DNA of 64,000 nt, from positions 9,861 through 73,860 of IMG/VR virus record IMGVR_UViG_3300046671_000011; one strand, 5' to 3'. The stretch is from a virus (taxonomy: Duplodnaviria; Caudoviricetes). Position 1 is the stretch's first letter. Each line of letters opens with the position of its first letter. The translations under genes were made by a program, and so were the position numbers. A model generated the notes under the pieces. It worked only from the letters and a program-made list of their open reading frames with translations. It was not told the DNA's origin and made no database searches. Positions 1 through 10,244 of this stretch are shown piece after piece.

Positions 1-221
1 GGAGTTCCTTCCATCGGAAATCATTTTCTCCGCCCTTCATCTCTACCATCGTGGCAACTGCGCCGTTAGGCGTGTTGATAGCAGCAAAGTAATCGGCAAT
101 TCCAGTTGCTTTCGGGTGAACCTTTGAATGACACCTTAAGCAAATGACTACATCCTCATTCTTAGTTGCCCATCCCCATAAGGATAAGGTTCTATAGCAT
201 TGACCCTGGTTGACTCGCTCA

Positions 222-653
222 TTACTCATTAACGCTCTCCCAATCAGGAACCCCGTTTACAACCTCGATAGAATAAGGCCAATCACTAACCTCTAGACTC
301 ATAAGCTCTATCACGAAGTTAATTCCTTCTTCAGTAGGTATAAAACTTCTTTCTGCTGAGGATAAAGGATTACCTCTTAGATAGACCAGACCTGCGCGGG
401 CTAGTCTTTCAGCTATCCTATATACCTGGGTAGAAAACTCTCGAACAGTCCCTAGCTTATTCTCTATGATGAACTTGTTGAGTAGGGAGTCTTCAGGGTT
501 TTGATTACCCCATAGCATTGTGATAGTGATTGGATTTACTGCCGAGGGGATTGATGCCTGTGGGATCCCTTCTTGCCGGACACGTTCCCACTCACTCCAA
601 TTATGAGTGACGCATACATACAAAGTAGCTAGATCATAACTATGTAGTCTCAT
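222..653 (-). CDS. hypothetical protein (possible winged-helix)
   Basis: 143-aa ORF, overlaps stop of upstream nuclease gene in operon-like fashion. Confidence 0.55.
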   Translation of the reverse strand: MRLHSYDLATLYVCVTHNWSEWERVRQEGIPQASIPSAVNPITITMLWGNQNPEDSLLNKFIIENKLGTVREFSTQVYRIAERLARAGLVYLRGNPLSSAERSFIPTEEGINFVIELMSLEVSDWPYSIEVVNGVPDWESVNE

Positions 654-1719
654 GTTTAATTTTATCGCCTTCTAAGTTCAATACGTTCGGGATATTCGAC
701 GGATCGAAACCCGCCCTTCTAAGTTCTTCCTCATAGCAATACTTAAACAAGGGACATCTAACGTATATCGTACCTGTATGTGGCTTTAAGTCTCCCTTTT
801 CATACTGTCCACTCTTTCTCTTATAGTATTCAGGGAGTACAGTCTTTCCACATCTCCAGTCTGTCGGGATACCCTTCTTGGCAGGCCCATTTACACGTCG
901 AACAGCTTCAGGATCGTCTTTAAGTTTCTGATACCAATCCTTATGCTCCTGTACGAGTTCATTAAAATCACCGCGCGGATAATAGACCGTGCCATTCCAG
1001 GTCGTTGGAAAATCATCACCAGCTACCTGTATAGGCTTATTCTTCTCATCTATCAACCACCAACCATCTTCCTCGAAAGTCTCTGCTACTATCCAGACTT
1101 TGTGAGTAACCTGATCGGGATCGGTGTCGTTTAATGGATAGGTTGTGTAGATAAATCCAAACGAGGAGTGAAGAAGGTTCATATAGACAATAGTCTGGAG
1201 CATCTGCGTCCAAGACACACCGCCATTTCTCATTACTCCTGTCCTCTTTACCTCAACAGGATAAGTTTCCGTATCCTTATTCTCGAAGACTCTACGAAGG
1301 ACAATATCAGGAGTACCCGCAAAATCGAACTCCTCTGCATTCTGCCTATCTTCAAAGGCCGCTTCCCACTTGAAAGGCATCTTAAAGTGCAGATACCGAT
1401 CATTCTCTTTCCTTACTCCCCATTCAATCGCCTCAGCAACGCTCTCGCCACGTCGCATCCCATCATCAAACTTGATTGCCAGAGTAACCGGAATAGGTTC
1501 TTTCTCAGACTCAGGAAGATTTAATCTCTCGGCAGCGTGCTTTTTCGCACAATCAAAAGCCGAACTTGCCCGCATCTTCCCTTCACTCTTCCAATTAGCA
1601 CTACTCTCAGTTATCCTTACTCGATCATCGTTGATCAGATAAGCAGGCCATATCGCTTTTAGCCAGTCCCTTATCTTGCAGGCATTGAATAACGCCTTCT
1701 CCCATTCAACTTTCGTCAT
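640..1719 (-). CDS. Cas4-like / PD-(D/E)XK exonuclease
   Basis: GTPD...VEVK...QTIVY nuclease motifs; N-terminal SAFDC and C-terminal C...CPLFKYC cysteines as in Cas4/AddB Fe-S nucleases; start moved to ATG at 1719. Confidence 0.75.
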   Translation of the reverse strand: MTKVEWEKALFNACKIRDWLKAIWPAYLINDDRVRITESSANWKSEGKMRASSAFDCAKKHAAERLNLPESEKEPIPVTLAIKFDDGMRRGESVAEAIEWGVRKENDRYLHFKMPFKWEAAFEDRQNAEEFDFAGTPDIVLRRVFENKDTETYPVEVKRTGVMRNGGVSWTQMLQTIVYMNLLHSSFGFIYTTYPLNDTDPDQVTHKVWIVAETFEEDGWWLIDEKNKPIQVAGDDFPTTWNGTVYYPRGDFNELVQEHKDWYQKLKDDPEAVRRVNGPAKKGIPTDWRCGKTVLPEYYKRKSGQYEKGDLKPHTGTIYVRCPLFKYCYEEELRRAGFDPSNIPNVLNLEGDKIKHETT

Positions 1720-1750
1720 ACCTAAAACTTTCTGTTTAACACTTACACAC

Positions 1751-1781
1751 ATTATATCATAGATTACAAATGTGGTATAAT
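1751..1781. promoter_or_regulatory. back-to-back extended -10 promoters
   Basis: TGgTATAAT on + (1773-1781) and TGaTATAAT on - (1751-1759) in the gap between divergent genes; AGGAG RBS before 1799. Confidence 0.6.
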
Positions 1782-1798
1782 CTAGTCAGGAGAACAAA

Positions 1799-2038
1799 AT
1801 GATTAAAAAAGATTATCTTAAACACTTAGCAATGGAACTCTCTGGAGACCACCTCGTAGTCGTCTCTATGGATGTGATCGTTGGTCGGGTCTATCCAACC
1901 TCTAAGGAAACCTGTGTGGTTGCTATTGAACCTACCTTCAATGAGGATAATGCCAAGATTATTGAGTTCGTCAATAATTGGATGCTTTCCCCAAAGCCAA
2001 GTCTTCCTCCTATAAGGTTGATTGCTTCTGATGCCTAG
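1799..2038 (+). CDS. hypothetical protein
   Basis: ORF with AGGAG RBS downstream of a -10 box. Confidence 0.6.
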   Translation: MIKKDYLKHLAMELSGDHLVVVSMDVIVGRVYPTSKETCVVAIEPTFNEDNAKIIEFVNNWMLSPKPSLPPIRLIASDA

Positions 2039-2636
2039 ACCCGACTATATGCCGCGCTTGCCTGCGGTCATTGTTCAACCTGATCTCGCAGAAGACATTC
2101 CTTCCGAGGAATTAATGATTAGCCTGGATATCTCCCCTAAAGAATTTGGAGACTTTATCCAGGCTATGCGCTTAACTATCCTGATTAGTCAGGGATTAAG
2201 TATTACTGCTGCCTGCGAACAAATCGGACTATCACGTCGATTAGTCTATGATGAGCATTGGCAACGATTGTTAGCAAAGGCACAAAGGATGGTGACAGGC
2301 CGTTTGATGGTCGGAGTCCGTAATGCCTCCAATGTGATCTTTGATAAGTGGCCCGCAATCGTTGAACGTCAGGCTCGAATAGCTCTACATGGTCTTGATA
2401 AAGATGCTACTGCTGCTGCTCAGTTCTTGTATGAAGCCTTTGTAGTTCCTTCTCAGGAAGTCTCTAAGGATGACAGTGAAGAACGGAACTATGCGCGGCA
2501 GGGACATAACTTTAATCCGATGCAAACCTTACTCGATAGTCTGAGTAAGGCTCAGAATACGACGATTAATATTTATCAGACGGAAGCTATTCCTGAGCCA
2601 CCGATAGAGGGTCAGGTGATTGACTTGGGAGAATAG
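2031..2636 (+). CDS. HTH-containing protein, possibly terminase small subunit-like
   Basis: GLSITAACEQIGLSRRLVY helix-turn-helix pattern, helical middle, IEGQVIDL C-terminus. Confidence 0.4.
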   Translation: MPRPDYMPRLPAVIVQPDLAEDIPSEELMISLDISPKEFGDFIQAMRLTILISQGLSITAACEQIGLSRRLVYDEHWQRLLAKAQRMVTGRLMVGVRNASNVIFDKWPAIVERQARIALHGLDKDATAAAQFLYEAFVVPSQEVSKDDSEERNYARQGHNFNPMQTLLDSLSKAQNTTINIYQTEAIPEPPIEGQVIDLGE

Positions 2637-2898
2637 TCTCTCTGATACTGGAGAGTGACTCCCATAGCCAACTTGATGTGTCCTCTATAGACATTAAACC
2701 CTGTGCTTCCCCTTGTAAGTCATAGTAATAAGCTCGAATATCTAGTCGGTGATTTCCAAGAGGAGTCATCTCTATATATCTGATTTCGGGTATTCGATAG
2801 ACAGCATTAGCAAATTCTTCTATTTGCTCTTCAGTCATTCCGATTAGATAGGGATCAATGTTGACTTCGAAGATAAACCCTACAAGTTTACTTAACAT
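2587..2898 (-). CDS. hypothetical protein
   Basis: ORF in minus-strand gene chain; start moved to MLSKLVG. Confidence 0.5.
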   Translation of the reverse strand: MLSKLVGFIFEVNIDPYLIGMTEEQIEEFANAVYRIPEIRYIEMTPLGNHRLDIRAYYYDLQGEAQGLMSIEDTSSWLWESLSSIRETILPSQSPDPLSVAQE

Positions 2899-3199
2899 CT
2901 TCCTCGTCCTTGACTGAAAGATTAGCCTGACCGAGTTGGTAGACAAACGGTTTCTGAGTACGCTCAATCTTAACCACGTACTCTTCAATATCTTCCCAAT
3001 TCATGTTATTGCCTAGCCAATCAGTAAGATAGTCTTTCTCGCGCAGGGCTTCTTCAAGTTCTTCTTCATAAGCTTGACGCTTACCTGCCTCAGTAAATTT
3101 ATCTTGGTTGGAGTAGTATTTTGCCCGATCACTGGCGACTACGAATGGGTTTAACCTGTAAAGTTCGCCATTTGAGAATTCTATATATATATACTGCAT
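2888..3199 (-). CDS. hypothetical phage protein
   Basis: ORF coupled to neighbours (overlapping start/stop). Confidence 0.6.
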   Translation of the reverse strand: MQYIYIEFSNGELYRLNPFVVASDRAKYYSNQDKFTEAGKRQAYEEELEEALREKDYLTDWLGNNMNWEDIEEYVVKIERTQKPFVYQLGQANLSVKDEEDVK

Positions 3200-3441
3200 T
3201 ATTCGATTCCTAGCTCTTTCTTGATTATCCCAATGTCTCCGCCTACTGGAATTATTGATTCGAAGGAAATCTCAAATTCAGCCTCTTCAGGCGAGATTTG
3301 GGAAAAACTGCACTGTAGATTATCTACGCCCCAAAGTCCTTTTATCTTATCCATAAGTTTTTCAACCTTACTCCGTTCTTCATTGGTAATGATTGAATAC
3401 TCATAGATTGTCTTAACATCAAAATCAACGCTTGTGGTCAT
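3199..3441 (-). CDS. hypothetical protein
   Basis: ORF with GGAG RBS, translationally coupled. Confidence 0.55.
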   Translation of the reverse strand: MTTSVDFDVKTIYEYSIITNEERSKVEKLMDKIKGLWGVDNLQCSFSQISPEEAEFEISFESIIPVGGDIGIIKKELGIE

Positions 3442-3453
3442 TTTCTCTCCAAT

Positions 3454-3476
3454 AAAAAGGGAAGCGCAGGCTTCCC
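3454..3476 (-). terminator. intrinsic terminator after Ro60 gene
   Basis: GGGAAGC-CTGC-GCTTCCC-TTTTT on minus strand. Confidence 0.75.
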
Positions 3477-3483
3477 CCTCTAA

Positions 3484-5049
3484 TTACTTTAAGAACTCGC
3501 TGATCAGTGCAGGAGTATTCGTATCGAACCCTACAATATTGAGCGTACCCAAATCTTTGGGATCCCCAATACTAAACCCTGTACTTGTCATTCCGACTAC
3601 GATCAACTTCGCATTGATACCCGTCTTCTTACGGTAGTTAGCCAGAGCAACTTCAGGAGCCGTTCCCGAATTGGTCTCATTATCCGTATAGATAATGAAG
3701 GCGTCATACAGTCCCCCTGTTCGAAGGGCAAACTCGATTGCCGCCGCACAATTGGTGCTGCCAAAGTTACTCATCTGGACTTTTGCCATCGCCTGCTGTA
3801 GTGAGTCTCCCCGACCAATCCTAAGCTGAACAACTTGCTTTGAAAAGCCGACAATATTATAGTCTTTCTCTACACGAGCCGTGACCATACTCATACAGGC
3901 AGTACCCTGTGCAGGCGTAAACCCTGGAATTCCGGCAATCTCACCCGCTCCCATAGAGCCAGAGACATCAAGTCCCATCAGAATACGCTTACCTGTTGGC
4001 TGTACGTACTTGAATGATGAGAAGTAAGCCTGTTCGAGAGCGTCAATTATACGTGGGTTAACTTCCCATTCGCCGTGACCATAGTTCCCGTGTCCTGCCC
4101 CGTAAGTAATAGAAGCGGCTAAGATAGCAATCGGATGAATTCGGGCCTTCTCAATCTTCTTTTCATCCTCGATAGTATTCACCACAAAGCGCGACTCTTC
4201 ACTACCCATACCTAGTAAACCTGACTTGCTCATATTACCCAGGTTACGGATAATGGCGGTTAAGCCCATATTAGGCAGTAAAGCCTTCTGTACCTCGACA
4301 GAGTTTAAGAACTGAGTAGGAATAGCTTCACGAGGAAGCTGATACTCGGTTGCCAGTTGAGCGACTTCATGGGCATATTCCCGGCGCTTAGCAAACTCAA
4401 AGCCCAGGATAACCTTTGCGTCTTCCGAGATCCCATCAATACCACCTTTAGTTATCCAGTGGTAGACAGCTTGTCTTTCTGTCGAGGTGGGAATAGGATG
4501 TGAGAGCCGCAGCAAATCGCGGTGTGACCAGCCATCGCGTGACTGATATTTAACTACTTGGTAAGCGACATCACGGATAGATTTCTGATCATACCAGTTA
4601 GCTACCGCCCGACGCAGACCACGCCCCCAACCCCGCATACTGTCGATGTAGGCTGCAAAGTGAAAGAGGTGAGTCCCAATACGGCAAACCTTCGGCAGTG
4701 CCTTCTCTGCATAAATACGTGAATATGCTCCTGGATGAGAGAATGCGATTGCTAAAGCCAGAATAGCAGGCTCATTCTTAGGAGCACGACCACTATCACT
4801 GATCTCAACAATTGTGCGAACTGTACGTTCAGGATCTTCGTTCAAACAGCGCCAAACGACTTTAGCAGCATCTACAGTCAACTTCTGCTCAGAGACATAG
4901 TAGGTTCCGCCTTCGCTGCCGAGGATTAAAAAGCGCTCAAGATATTTCCAGTCATCAATCTTGAAAGCTTCCCCGCCACCATTGTTAGGAACCTTGTTGG
5001 ATGCAATCGAGGGCTTCTTGTTGAGGCCCAATGCTTTATTGTAGGTCAT
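3484..5049 (-). CDS. rsr: Ro60/Rsr TROVE-domain RNA-binding protein with vWA domain
   Basis: LERFLILGSEGGTYY, RIGTHLFHF, KYQSRDGWSHRDLLRLSHP, MGLTAIIRNLGNM, IHPIAIL, LDVSGSM (MIDAS), IIYTDNET; RBS GGAAGG before MTYNKALG. Confidence 0.95.
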   Translation of the reverse strand: MTYNKALGLNKKPSIASNKVPNNGGGEAFKIDDWKYLERFLILGSEGGTYYVSEQKLTVDAAKVVWRCLNEDPERTVRTIVEISDSGRAPKNEPAILALAIAFSHPGAYSRIYAEKALPKVCRIGTHLFHFAAYIDSMRGWGRGLRRAVANWYDQKSIRDVAYQVVKYQSRDGWSHRDLLRLSHPIPTSTERQAVYHWITKGGIDGISEDAKVILGFEFAKRREYAHEVAQLATEYQLPREAIPTQFLNSVEVQKALLPNMGLTAIIRNLGNMSKSGLLGMGSEESRFVVNTIEDEKKIEKARIHPIAILAASITYGAGHGNYGHGEWEVNPRIIDALEQAYFSSFKYVQPTGKRILMGLDVSGSMGAGEIAGIPGFTPAQGTACMSMVTARVEKDYNIVGFSKQVVQLRIGRGDSLQQAMAKVQMSNFGSTNCAAAIEFALRTGGLYDAFIIYTDNETNSGTAPEVALANYRKKTGINAKLIVVGMTSTGFSIGDPKDLGTLNIVGFDTNTPALISEFLK

Positions 5050-5078
5050 TATTATTTTCCTTCCCGTGAACACACGGA

Positions 5079-5465
5079 TTAGTAAGCTAAACTAAACTCA
5101 AAAACGTAACCTGCCCATTTACCCTTATCATGGTCAATCATACACCAAGCATAAGAATAACCGTTGATCTTTTCGATTGATCGAACTTCAACTTTGTCTC
5201 CTGGATTTAACCAGAAAAGGACTTCTTTGAGGTTCTGATCAAAGTAAACCTTCGTTTGTACAGTCGCAGTTGCCTTTATTTTCAGGCTATTTGCATAGAC
5301 GCTCACAATTGCGCCTTTTGATAGCCAAGAATCTTTAGGCTTCTCTACATATTCAAGCTGAAGATACTTACCCTCATTGCTTGAATAGCTGTTAGTAATC
5401 TTTACCTTGTGATTATCTCCCCATCGGACTATGCGGTTAAGCAAAGGATGATCATAGTTTGGCAT
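5079..5465 (-). CDS. hypothetical protein (SH3-like C-terminus)
   Basis: ORF in chain; LNPGDKVEV...WCMI...WAGYV pattern. Confidence 0.5.
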   Translation of the reverse strand: MPNYDHPLLNRIVRWGDNHKVKITNSYSSNEGKYLQLEYVEKPKDSWLSKGAIVSVYANSLKIKATATVQTKVYFDQNLKEVLFWLNPGDKVEVRSIEKINGYSYAWCMIDHDKGKWAGYVFEFSLAY

Positions 5466-5709
5466 AGGTCATAAACTCCTTTACATAGCCCATCACGGTA
5501 ATCCCGCGCTTGGTCTCATAAACTATGTGCAAAACCCGATCAAGGTCTGCCATGACTACAAGCTCGGCATCACGGGGAGCAACGACAACTACATTATCTT
5601 CATCGACAATTGAACACTCAGGAGAACTGTAGATTACACATTCATCCAGAGCATATACTCTCTCGCCACTCTTATACATTTCTCTCCTTTTTTTCTTATG
5701 CGGGTTCAA
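5452..5709 (-). CDS. hypothetical protein
   Basis: ORF in chain. Confidence 0.5.
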   Translation of the reverse strand: MNPHKKKRREMYKSGERVYALDECVIYSSPECSIVDEDNVVVVAPRDAELVVMADLDRVLHIVYETKRGITVMGYVKEFMTYAKL

Positions 5710-6091
5710 TCCAATGCCAGGTGTCCGGCTCTGGTTCTGCCGAATAACGAATCTGATTAACCCATCGCATACCTTGAGAACTATTCAGGAATGCCTGTAG
5801 GGAGACAACCCCCATTGTAGAATTGTGAATCTCTACAATTATCGCAGGCAAATGCTGTCCACGATCATAAGCACCACCAGACACATAATGCACCATGCGT
5901 CCTGGCGTTAAACCCTTCATGCTCACGTTCTCAGGAGCAGTCGGATTAAATACCTCGACAGGTTTTGAAAGATCGACTAATACCTGACTGTCAGGGATAA
6001 TCGTAGTCTCTTCAGACGGAGGGGCTTGATCATCAGGATAATCCTGCATTTCCGGTGTCGCTCCGGCGTTCTTCACACGCTTTAATGCCAT
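5696..6091 (-). CDS. hypothetical phage protein
   Basis: PGRMVHYV...PAIIV...TWHW pattern typical of small phage beta-barrel proteins. Confidence 0.6.
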   Translation of the reverse strand: MALKRVKNAGATPEMQDYPDDQAPPSEETTIIPDSQVLVDLSKPVEVFNPTAPENVSMKGLTPGRMVHYVSGGAYDRGQHLPAIIVEIHNSTMGVVSLQAFLNSSQGMRWVNQIRYSAEPEPDTWHWIEPA

Positions 6092-6100
6092 TTTAGGTTC

Positions 6101-8131
6101 CTATACCTTACACAAACTATATCCACAAGATGTACAAGTCTCACATCCTTCAGCCATAATGAGTATCTCTCCACAATCAGGACACTTATCTTCCTTTATG
6201 ATAGGCGTAAGTACCTGCTCACTTCGGCTTTGATCACGATAGACCGTGCCACCTTTGCATCCTGCATTATACATGGTAATGTACAACTGTGCAACATCTT
6301 CTATTGTAGCTGTCGAGGGAAGGTTAACGGTTTTGGATATACTTGAGTCTACCCACTTCTGGATAGCTGCCTGAACTTTAACGTGCTCTTCAGGGGTAAT
6401 TGTCTGTGCAGTTACGAAGTAATCAGGCAAGGCATAATTCGCGCTTTCTGGAAACTTCTGGATATAGTCATCAAGAACCTTAACATGCTCAAGATGCAAT
6501 CCTAGCCGTGATTGGCGGGTATACCCGAACGCAAAAAAGGGTTCGATACCTGTAGAGGTTCCTACCATAGTTCCTATAGTTCCATTAGGAGCCTGCGTTA
6601 GCAGGGTAACATTTCGGAGACCTTTTTTGACCTTTTTACTAAGGTCAGCATGTTGCTGTAGGAAGCCACTCTTGAGGATTTTCGATTGATCGAACTCTGG
6701 AAACAGACCCTTTTCTTCTGCTAATTTAGTGCTAGTATCATAAGCATTATTGGCAATCTCTCGGTAAAGAGTATCAATGAATTCAATACTCTCGTCCGAC
6801 CCATAGCGGATACCTAATTGGATAAGCATATCAGCTAATCCCATTGTATTTAACCCGATCCGGCGCTCTTTTAGCTGCTGGTCGCGGTTTTGCTGTAGGG
6901 TGTAGGGATTGATGTCGATAATATTGTCAAGGAATCGGATTGAAAGGCGGACAGTATGTTCAAGTTCTACCCAATCAACTTCTCCATCTTTTACAAACTT
7001 CGCAAGATTTATGGCTCCGAGGTTGCACACTCCCCACCCAGGTAAACTTTGCTCCCCACACGGATTGGTTGCGATTAAGCGGTCAAAGTAATAAGAATTA
7101 CTCATTTCGTTAGCTTTATCTATAAACCAGATGCCGGGTTCGGCAGATGCCCAAGCACTCTCGGTTATCTGGTTCCATATCTCTCGCGCAGGCATACTCT
7201 TACTAGAAACTATCCTATGCATACTCCTCACCCATTTCCCGATATCCCCATCCCAATAGTTATCATAGTCTGGTTCTGTAGTATCAGGGAAGTAAAAGTG
7301 CCAAATAGTATCTTCCTCGACAGCTTTCATAAACTCATTAGAAAGTCCTACCGAGATGTTTGCATTTGTTAAATAGCCTGACTTTTTCTTGGCGTTAATA
7401 AACTCTATTAAGTCTGGATGCCAGTCTTCTAGGATAAGCATCAAGGCTCCGCGACGTGACCCGCCTTGTTCGATGAGACCTGTTGTATTGCTATAGATAG
7501 ATCCCCAAGAGACGGCTCCTGAGCTTCTACCATTTACTCCTCTGACAATTGACTGTCGAGGACGAAGAGTAGACAGATTAATCCCGACTCCACCACCTCT
7601 AGACATAATCTCAGTCATCTGACCTAAAGTTTCCAAGATACCTAGACGGCTATCTTTTGGAGAAGGAAGTACATAGCAATTGTAAGCACTTAAGACTTGA
7701 CCACTACCCACTTGGGCCATAATGCGACCCGCAGGCACGAACTTCCAATCCTTTAAGATTTTATAGAACTCTACTTCATACTTTCTCATAAGAGCTAGAG
7801 AATTCTCAGCGACAGATGCTCCGGCAGCGACTCGATGCCAAATATGTTCAGGAGACCACTCAATCGGACGGTCACAACTCTCGATAGGAAGAGTAATCTC
7901 CTCTAAGTTAGTACCCCATAGAGTACAAGTAACATTCGATCCGTCGAAATCGGTGACGGTTCCAAGTTCACGTTGATTGCTATCTGGATTGATAAGGCAT
8001 ATCGCAATATCTCCAGGAACAAAAGACCGCGTTAAGTCCTTGAGACTATAGCGGTCTAACATTATTTTATATCCGAGGATAGAAAGACCATGTGTATTAC
8101 CCGTTTGGATAAACTCGGTGTCGGGGATCAT
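6101..8131 (-). CDS. nrdJ: class II (adenosylcobalamin-dependent) ribonucleotide reductase
   Basis: PAGRIM, NCYVL, GGGVGINLS, SRRGALM, TNPCGEQ, CNLGAINL, RRIGLNTMG, QAPNGT, ISKTVNLP, CKGGTVYRD, C-terminal Zn ribbon. Confidence 0.92.
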   Translation of the reverse strand: MIPDTEFIQTGNTHGLSILGYKIMLDRYSLKDLTRSFVPGDIAICLINPDSNQRELGTVTDFDGSNVTCTLWGTNLEEITLPIESCDRPIEWSPEHIWHRVAAGASVAENSLALMRKYEVEFYKILKDWKFVPAGRIMAQVGSGQVLSAYNCYVLPSPKDSRLGILETLGQMTEIMSRGGGVGINLSTLRPRQSIVRGVNGRSSGAVSWGSIYSNTTGLIEQGGSRRGALMLILEDWHPDLIEFINAKKKSGYLTNANISVGLSNEFMKAVEEDTIWHFYFPDTTEPDYDNYWDGDIGKWVRSMHRIVSSKSMPAREIWNQITESAWASAEPGIWFIDKANEMSNSYYFDRLIATNPCGEQSLPGWGVCNLGAINLAKFVKDGEVDWVELEHTVRLSIRFLDNIIDINPYTLQQNRDQQLKERRIGLNTMGLADMLIQLGIRYGSDESIEFIDTLYREIANNAYDTSTKLAEEKGLFPEFDQSKILKSGFLQQHADLSKKVKKGLRNVTLLTQAPNGTIGTMVGTSTGIEPFFAFGYTRQSRLGLHLEHVKVLDDYIQKFPESANYALPDYFVTAQTITPEEHVKVQAAIQKWVDSSISKTVNLPSTATIEDVAQLYITMYNAGCKGGTVYRDQSRSEQVLTPIIKEDKCPDCGEILIMAEGCETCTSCGYSLCKV

Positions 8132-8214
8132 TATGTAATTAACCTTTCAGGGAAAAACGATAGTCTTGATTCTACATCAAAACCGCTAAAGAGGACGAGA
8201 CAACATGTTAAGGT

Positions 8215-8442
8215 TTACTCATCAACTACCTTTATAAGAGTCTCTATGGAAAAGACAATCTCCTGAAGTGGACGGAAACCGACGATTGCATGGGTAATAT
8301 GCCCGCCCTCACCATAAACTCGTAAAACTGTCCCTACATCATAAAGTCGAGGAAGGCTAACATAGAAGGATATATAGTAAGCAGGAATACTCTCGATAGC
8401 CTTCTGATCAATAATTACTACATCCATAGGTTTAATATTCAT
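8215..8442 (-). CDS. hypothetical protein
   Basis: ORF in chain. Confidence 0.5.
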   Translation of the reverse strand: MNIKPMDVVIIDQKAIESIPAYYISFYVSLPRLYDVGTVLRVYGEGGHITHAIVGFRPLQEIVFSIETLIKVVDE

Positions 8443-8771
8443 AGCCAGTAATCATCCTTTAGACTCTTGAGAGCCTTAATTTCTTCTACATCTTGATCGT
8501 TCAGTAAGAACCATTCGTTTTTAACAAGCTTATCTTTATATCGAGTGTGTAAAGCCGCCTCTGCCCGCTCATATCCTGAACAGGGTATATGATGGAGTAA
8601 GACAGCCTCAAATGGTAAAGTTCGATAGATCGAATTGAAGCGGGTATATACATCCCTCGAACAGCCAATCTTATAGTATTTGTCAGCCTTAATCAGATAG
8701 ACACCTGAAGCCGTCGCAGTTGGATACTGTCGAGGAGGTTGATCGCTAAAGATTTGATAGAGATTGATCAT
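8439..8771 (-). CDS. GIY-YIG-like (T5orf172/MUG113) domain protein
   Basis: GVYLIK...YKIGCS...R...EAALH...NEWF. Confidence 0.75.
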   Translation of the reverse strand: MINLYQIFSDQPPRQYPTATASGVYLIKADKYYKIGCSRDVYTRFNSIYRTLPFEAVLLHHIPCSGYERAEAALHTRYKDKLVKNEWFLLNDQDVEEIKALKSLKDDYWL

Positions 8772-9073
8772 TTATCTCTGCGTAATTCTACGAATTTCTC
8801 GAACTCTTCATCACTGAGATTGATGTATTCATCTTTAGCTACAAAGTCAGGTATATCTACTGGATATCTGACATTAATACCTACCTCCATAAGCTTTGTA
8901 TATCTTGTCCAAGTCTTTAGGTTTGCTTTAGCCTCAGCAATAGCAAAAGGATTATCAAGGTTCTTGACTAAATAGATATAAGCCTCAAGATATCTATCCC
9001 GCTCAAATTGGACAGCACTTAACATCTCATAGACATCCATTATTTTAGTAGCTCCTGTAGCTCTTCTATACAT
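8768..9073 (-). CDS. hypothetical protein
   Basis: ORF in chain. Confidence 0.5.
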   Translation of the reverse strand: MYRRATGATKIMDVYEMLSAVQFERDRYLEAYIYLVKNLDNPFAIAEAKANLKTWTRYTKLMEVGINVRYPVDIPDFVAKDEYINLSDEEFEKFVELRRDK

Positions 9074-9456
9074 AAACGGTGATGCTCAACAAGCGCGTGC
9101 CATTTCGACAGATCGAATACTCCCTGACTATCAGGGTTCTCGGCAAGAAAACGGATATTACCCTCGACATATAGCAATGCTGTCTTATGCCCATCTATCC
9201 GATCCTGAATGGTATCATTCATCTGTCGAAAAGCAGTAAATTTTCTTATGATCTCATCCTGTTGACCATCATAGTATTTACCAAAATAAGTAACAACCTC
9301 GACAGGCTTCTTATCTTTAATGCCAATGACGATATAAAAGCGATCATCTTGCCAATAAGATAACCAGGTTTGAAACTCGTCATTCTGCCAGTTTTCTAGA
9401 GATGAGTAATCATTTCTTAAGACTTCTTCACTAAGAGTTAAAGTGCTATACGTCAT
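9040..9456 (-). CDS. hypothetical protein
   Basis: ORF overlapping ligase stop. Confidence 0.55.
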   Translation of the reverse strand: MTYSTLTLSEEVLRNDYSSLENWQNDEFQTWLSYWQDDRFYIVIGIKDKKPVEVVTYFGKYYDGQQDEIIRKFTAFRQMNDTIQDRIDGHKTALLYVEGNIRFLAENPDSQGVFDLSKWHALVEHHRLCIEELQELLK

Positions 9457-10120
9457 CCTTAAACTCCCTAAAGCATAGCTTCCACATTACCCGCTCGCCA
9501 TGTTGATCATATATAACGGGTTGAGTCTTAGCTACAATTCCTTCAGCTTCTACTTTACTCTGACTATCAAGTATTGCAGTCATAGAAAAAGGGATAATCT
9601 CATGCATAGCATCTTTAGTCTTAGGAATTTCTTGGATATATCCAAGAAAAGGGACTTTTGGGATATGAAGCGAGTCGCAAATCTGCGTACAAGTGTCAGG
9701 ACTCACCCATTTGGTTTCGATACCAAAGGCAATATCGAAGCAGCGAAATTTCTTTTCCTGTGAATAGGTCATTCCCATAGGCGACTGAATACTTCCACCA
9801 TAACCTTCACCATAGAAGGTAATAGCCCAATCTTCTTCGCTCTGAAGGAAATCCGCACGAATTCTAGGCATTTCGGGTTCAAAGATACTATGAATATGGT
9901 CATTCAAGTCTTTAGGGATCTGAGCATTATCTCCACGTCCCTTAACATGAAGGACGCCTTTATAGTCAACCGTGACGCGCATATTCATGCCGTCAATCTT
10001 CTCGGTTATCTGCCAACGCTTAATAAGTTCCGTCTCTGGCAGGCGATTAATACCAAAGGCCAATAAGTTATTGCTTTTATCACGACTGAAGACAGTCTCG
10101 ATAGATGGATATTTCTTCAT
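9446..10120 (-). CDS. ATP-dependent RNA ligase (Rnl2-like nucleotidyltransferase domain)
   Basis: KYPSIET, motif I TEKIDG, YGEGYG, FRCFDI, motif IV EGIV, motif V WKL. Confidence 0.85.
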   Translation of the reverse strand: MKKYPSIETVFSRDKSNNLLAFGINRLPETELIKRWQITEKIDGMNMRVTVDYKGVLHVKGRGDNAQIPKDLNDHIHSIFEPEMPRIRADFLQSEEDWAITFYGEGYGGSIQSPMGMTYSQEKKFRCFDIAFGIETKWVSPDTCTQICDSLHIPKVPFLGYIQEIPKTKDAMHEIIPFSMTAILDSQSKVEAEGIVAKTQPVIYDQHGERVMWKLCFREFKDDV

Positions 10121-10150
10121 CTGTAAGTCTCGCTTTCATTTAAGATTCAA

Positions 10151-10225
10151 TAGGCTTGATGGGATTTGAACCCATACTTTACTGGTTTTAAGCCAGTTTC
10201 CTCTGCCAAGTTGGGATACAAGCCC
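10151..10225 (-). tRNA. tRNA-Leu(TAA), short variable loop
   Basis: cloverleaf; ACTGG-CTTAAAA-CCAGT anticodon arm; ATGGG-TTCAAAT-CCCAT T arm. Confidence 0.88.
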
Positions 10226-10244
10226 GGAGTGTAGGGCGTTAGCC

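Noticed and set aside
6101-8131. Intein or intron in nrdJ
   Set aside because: The length (676 aa) and contiguous motifs leave no room, and no C-terminal HN-C/S/T splice signature was seen.
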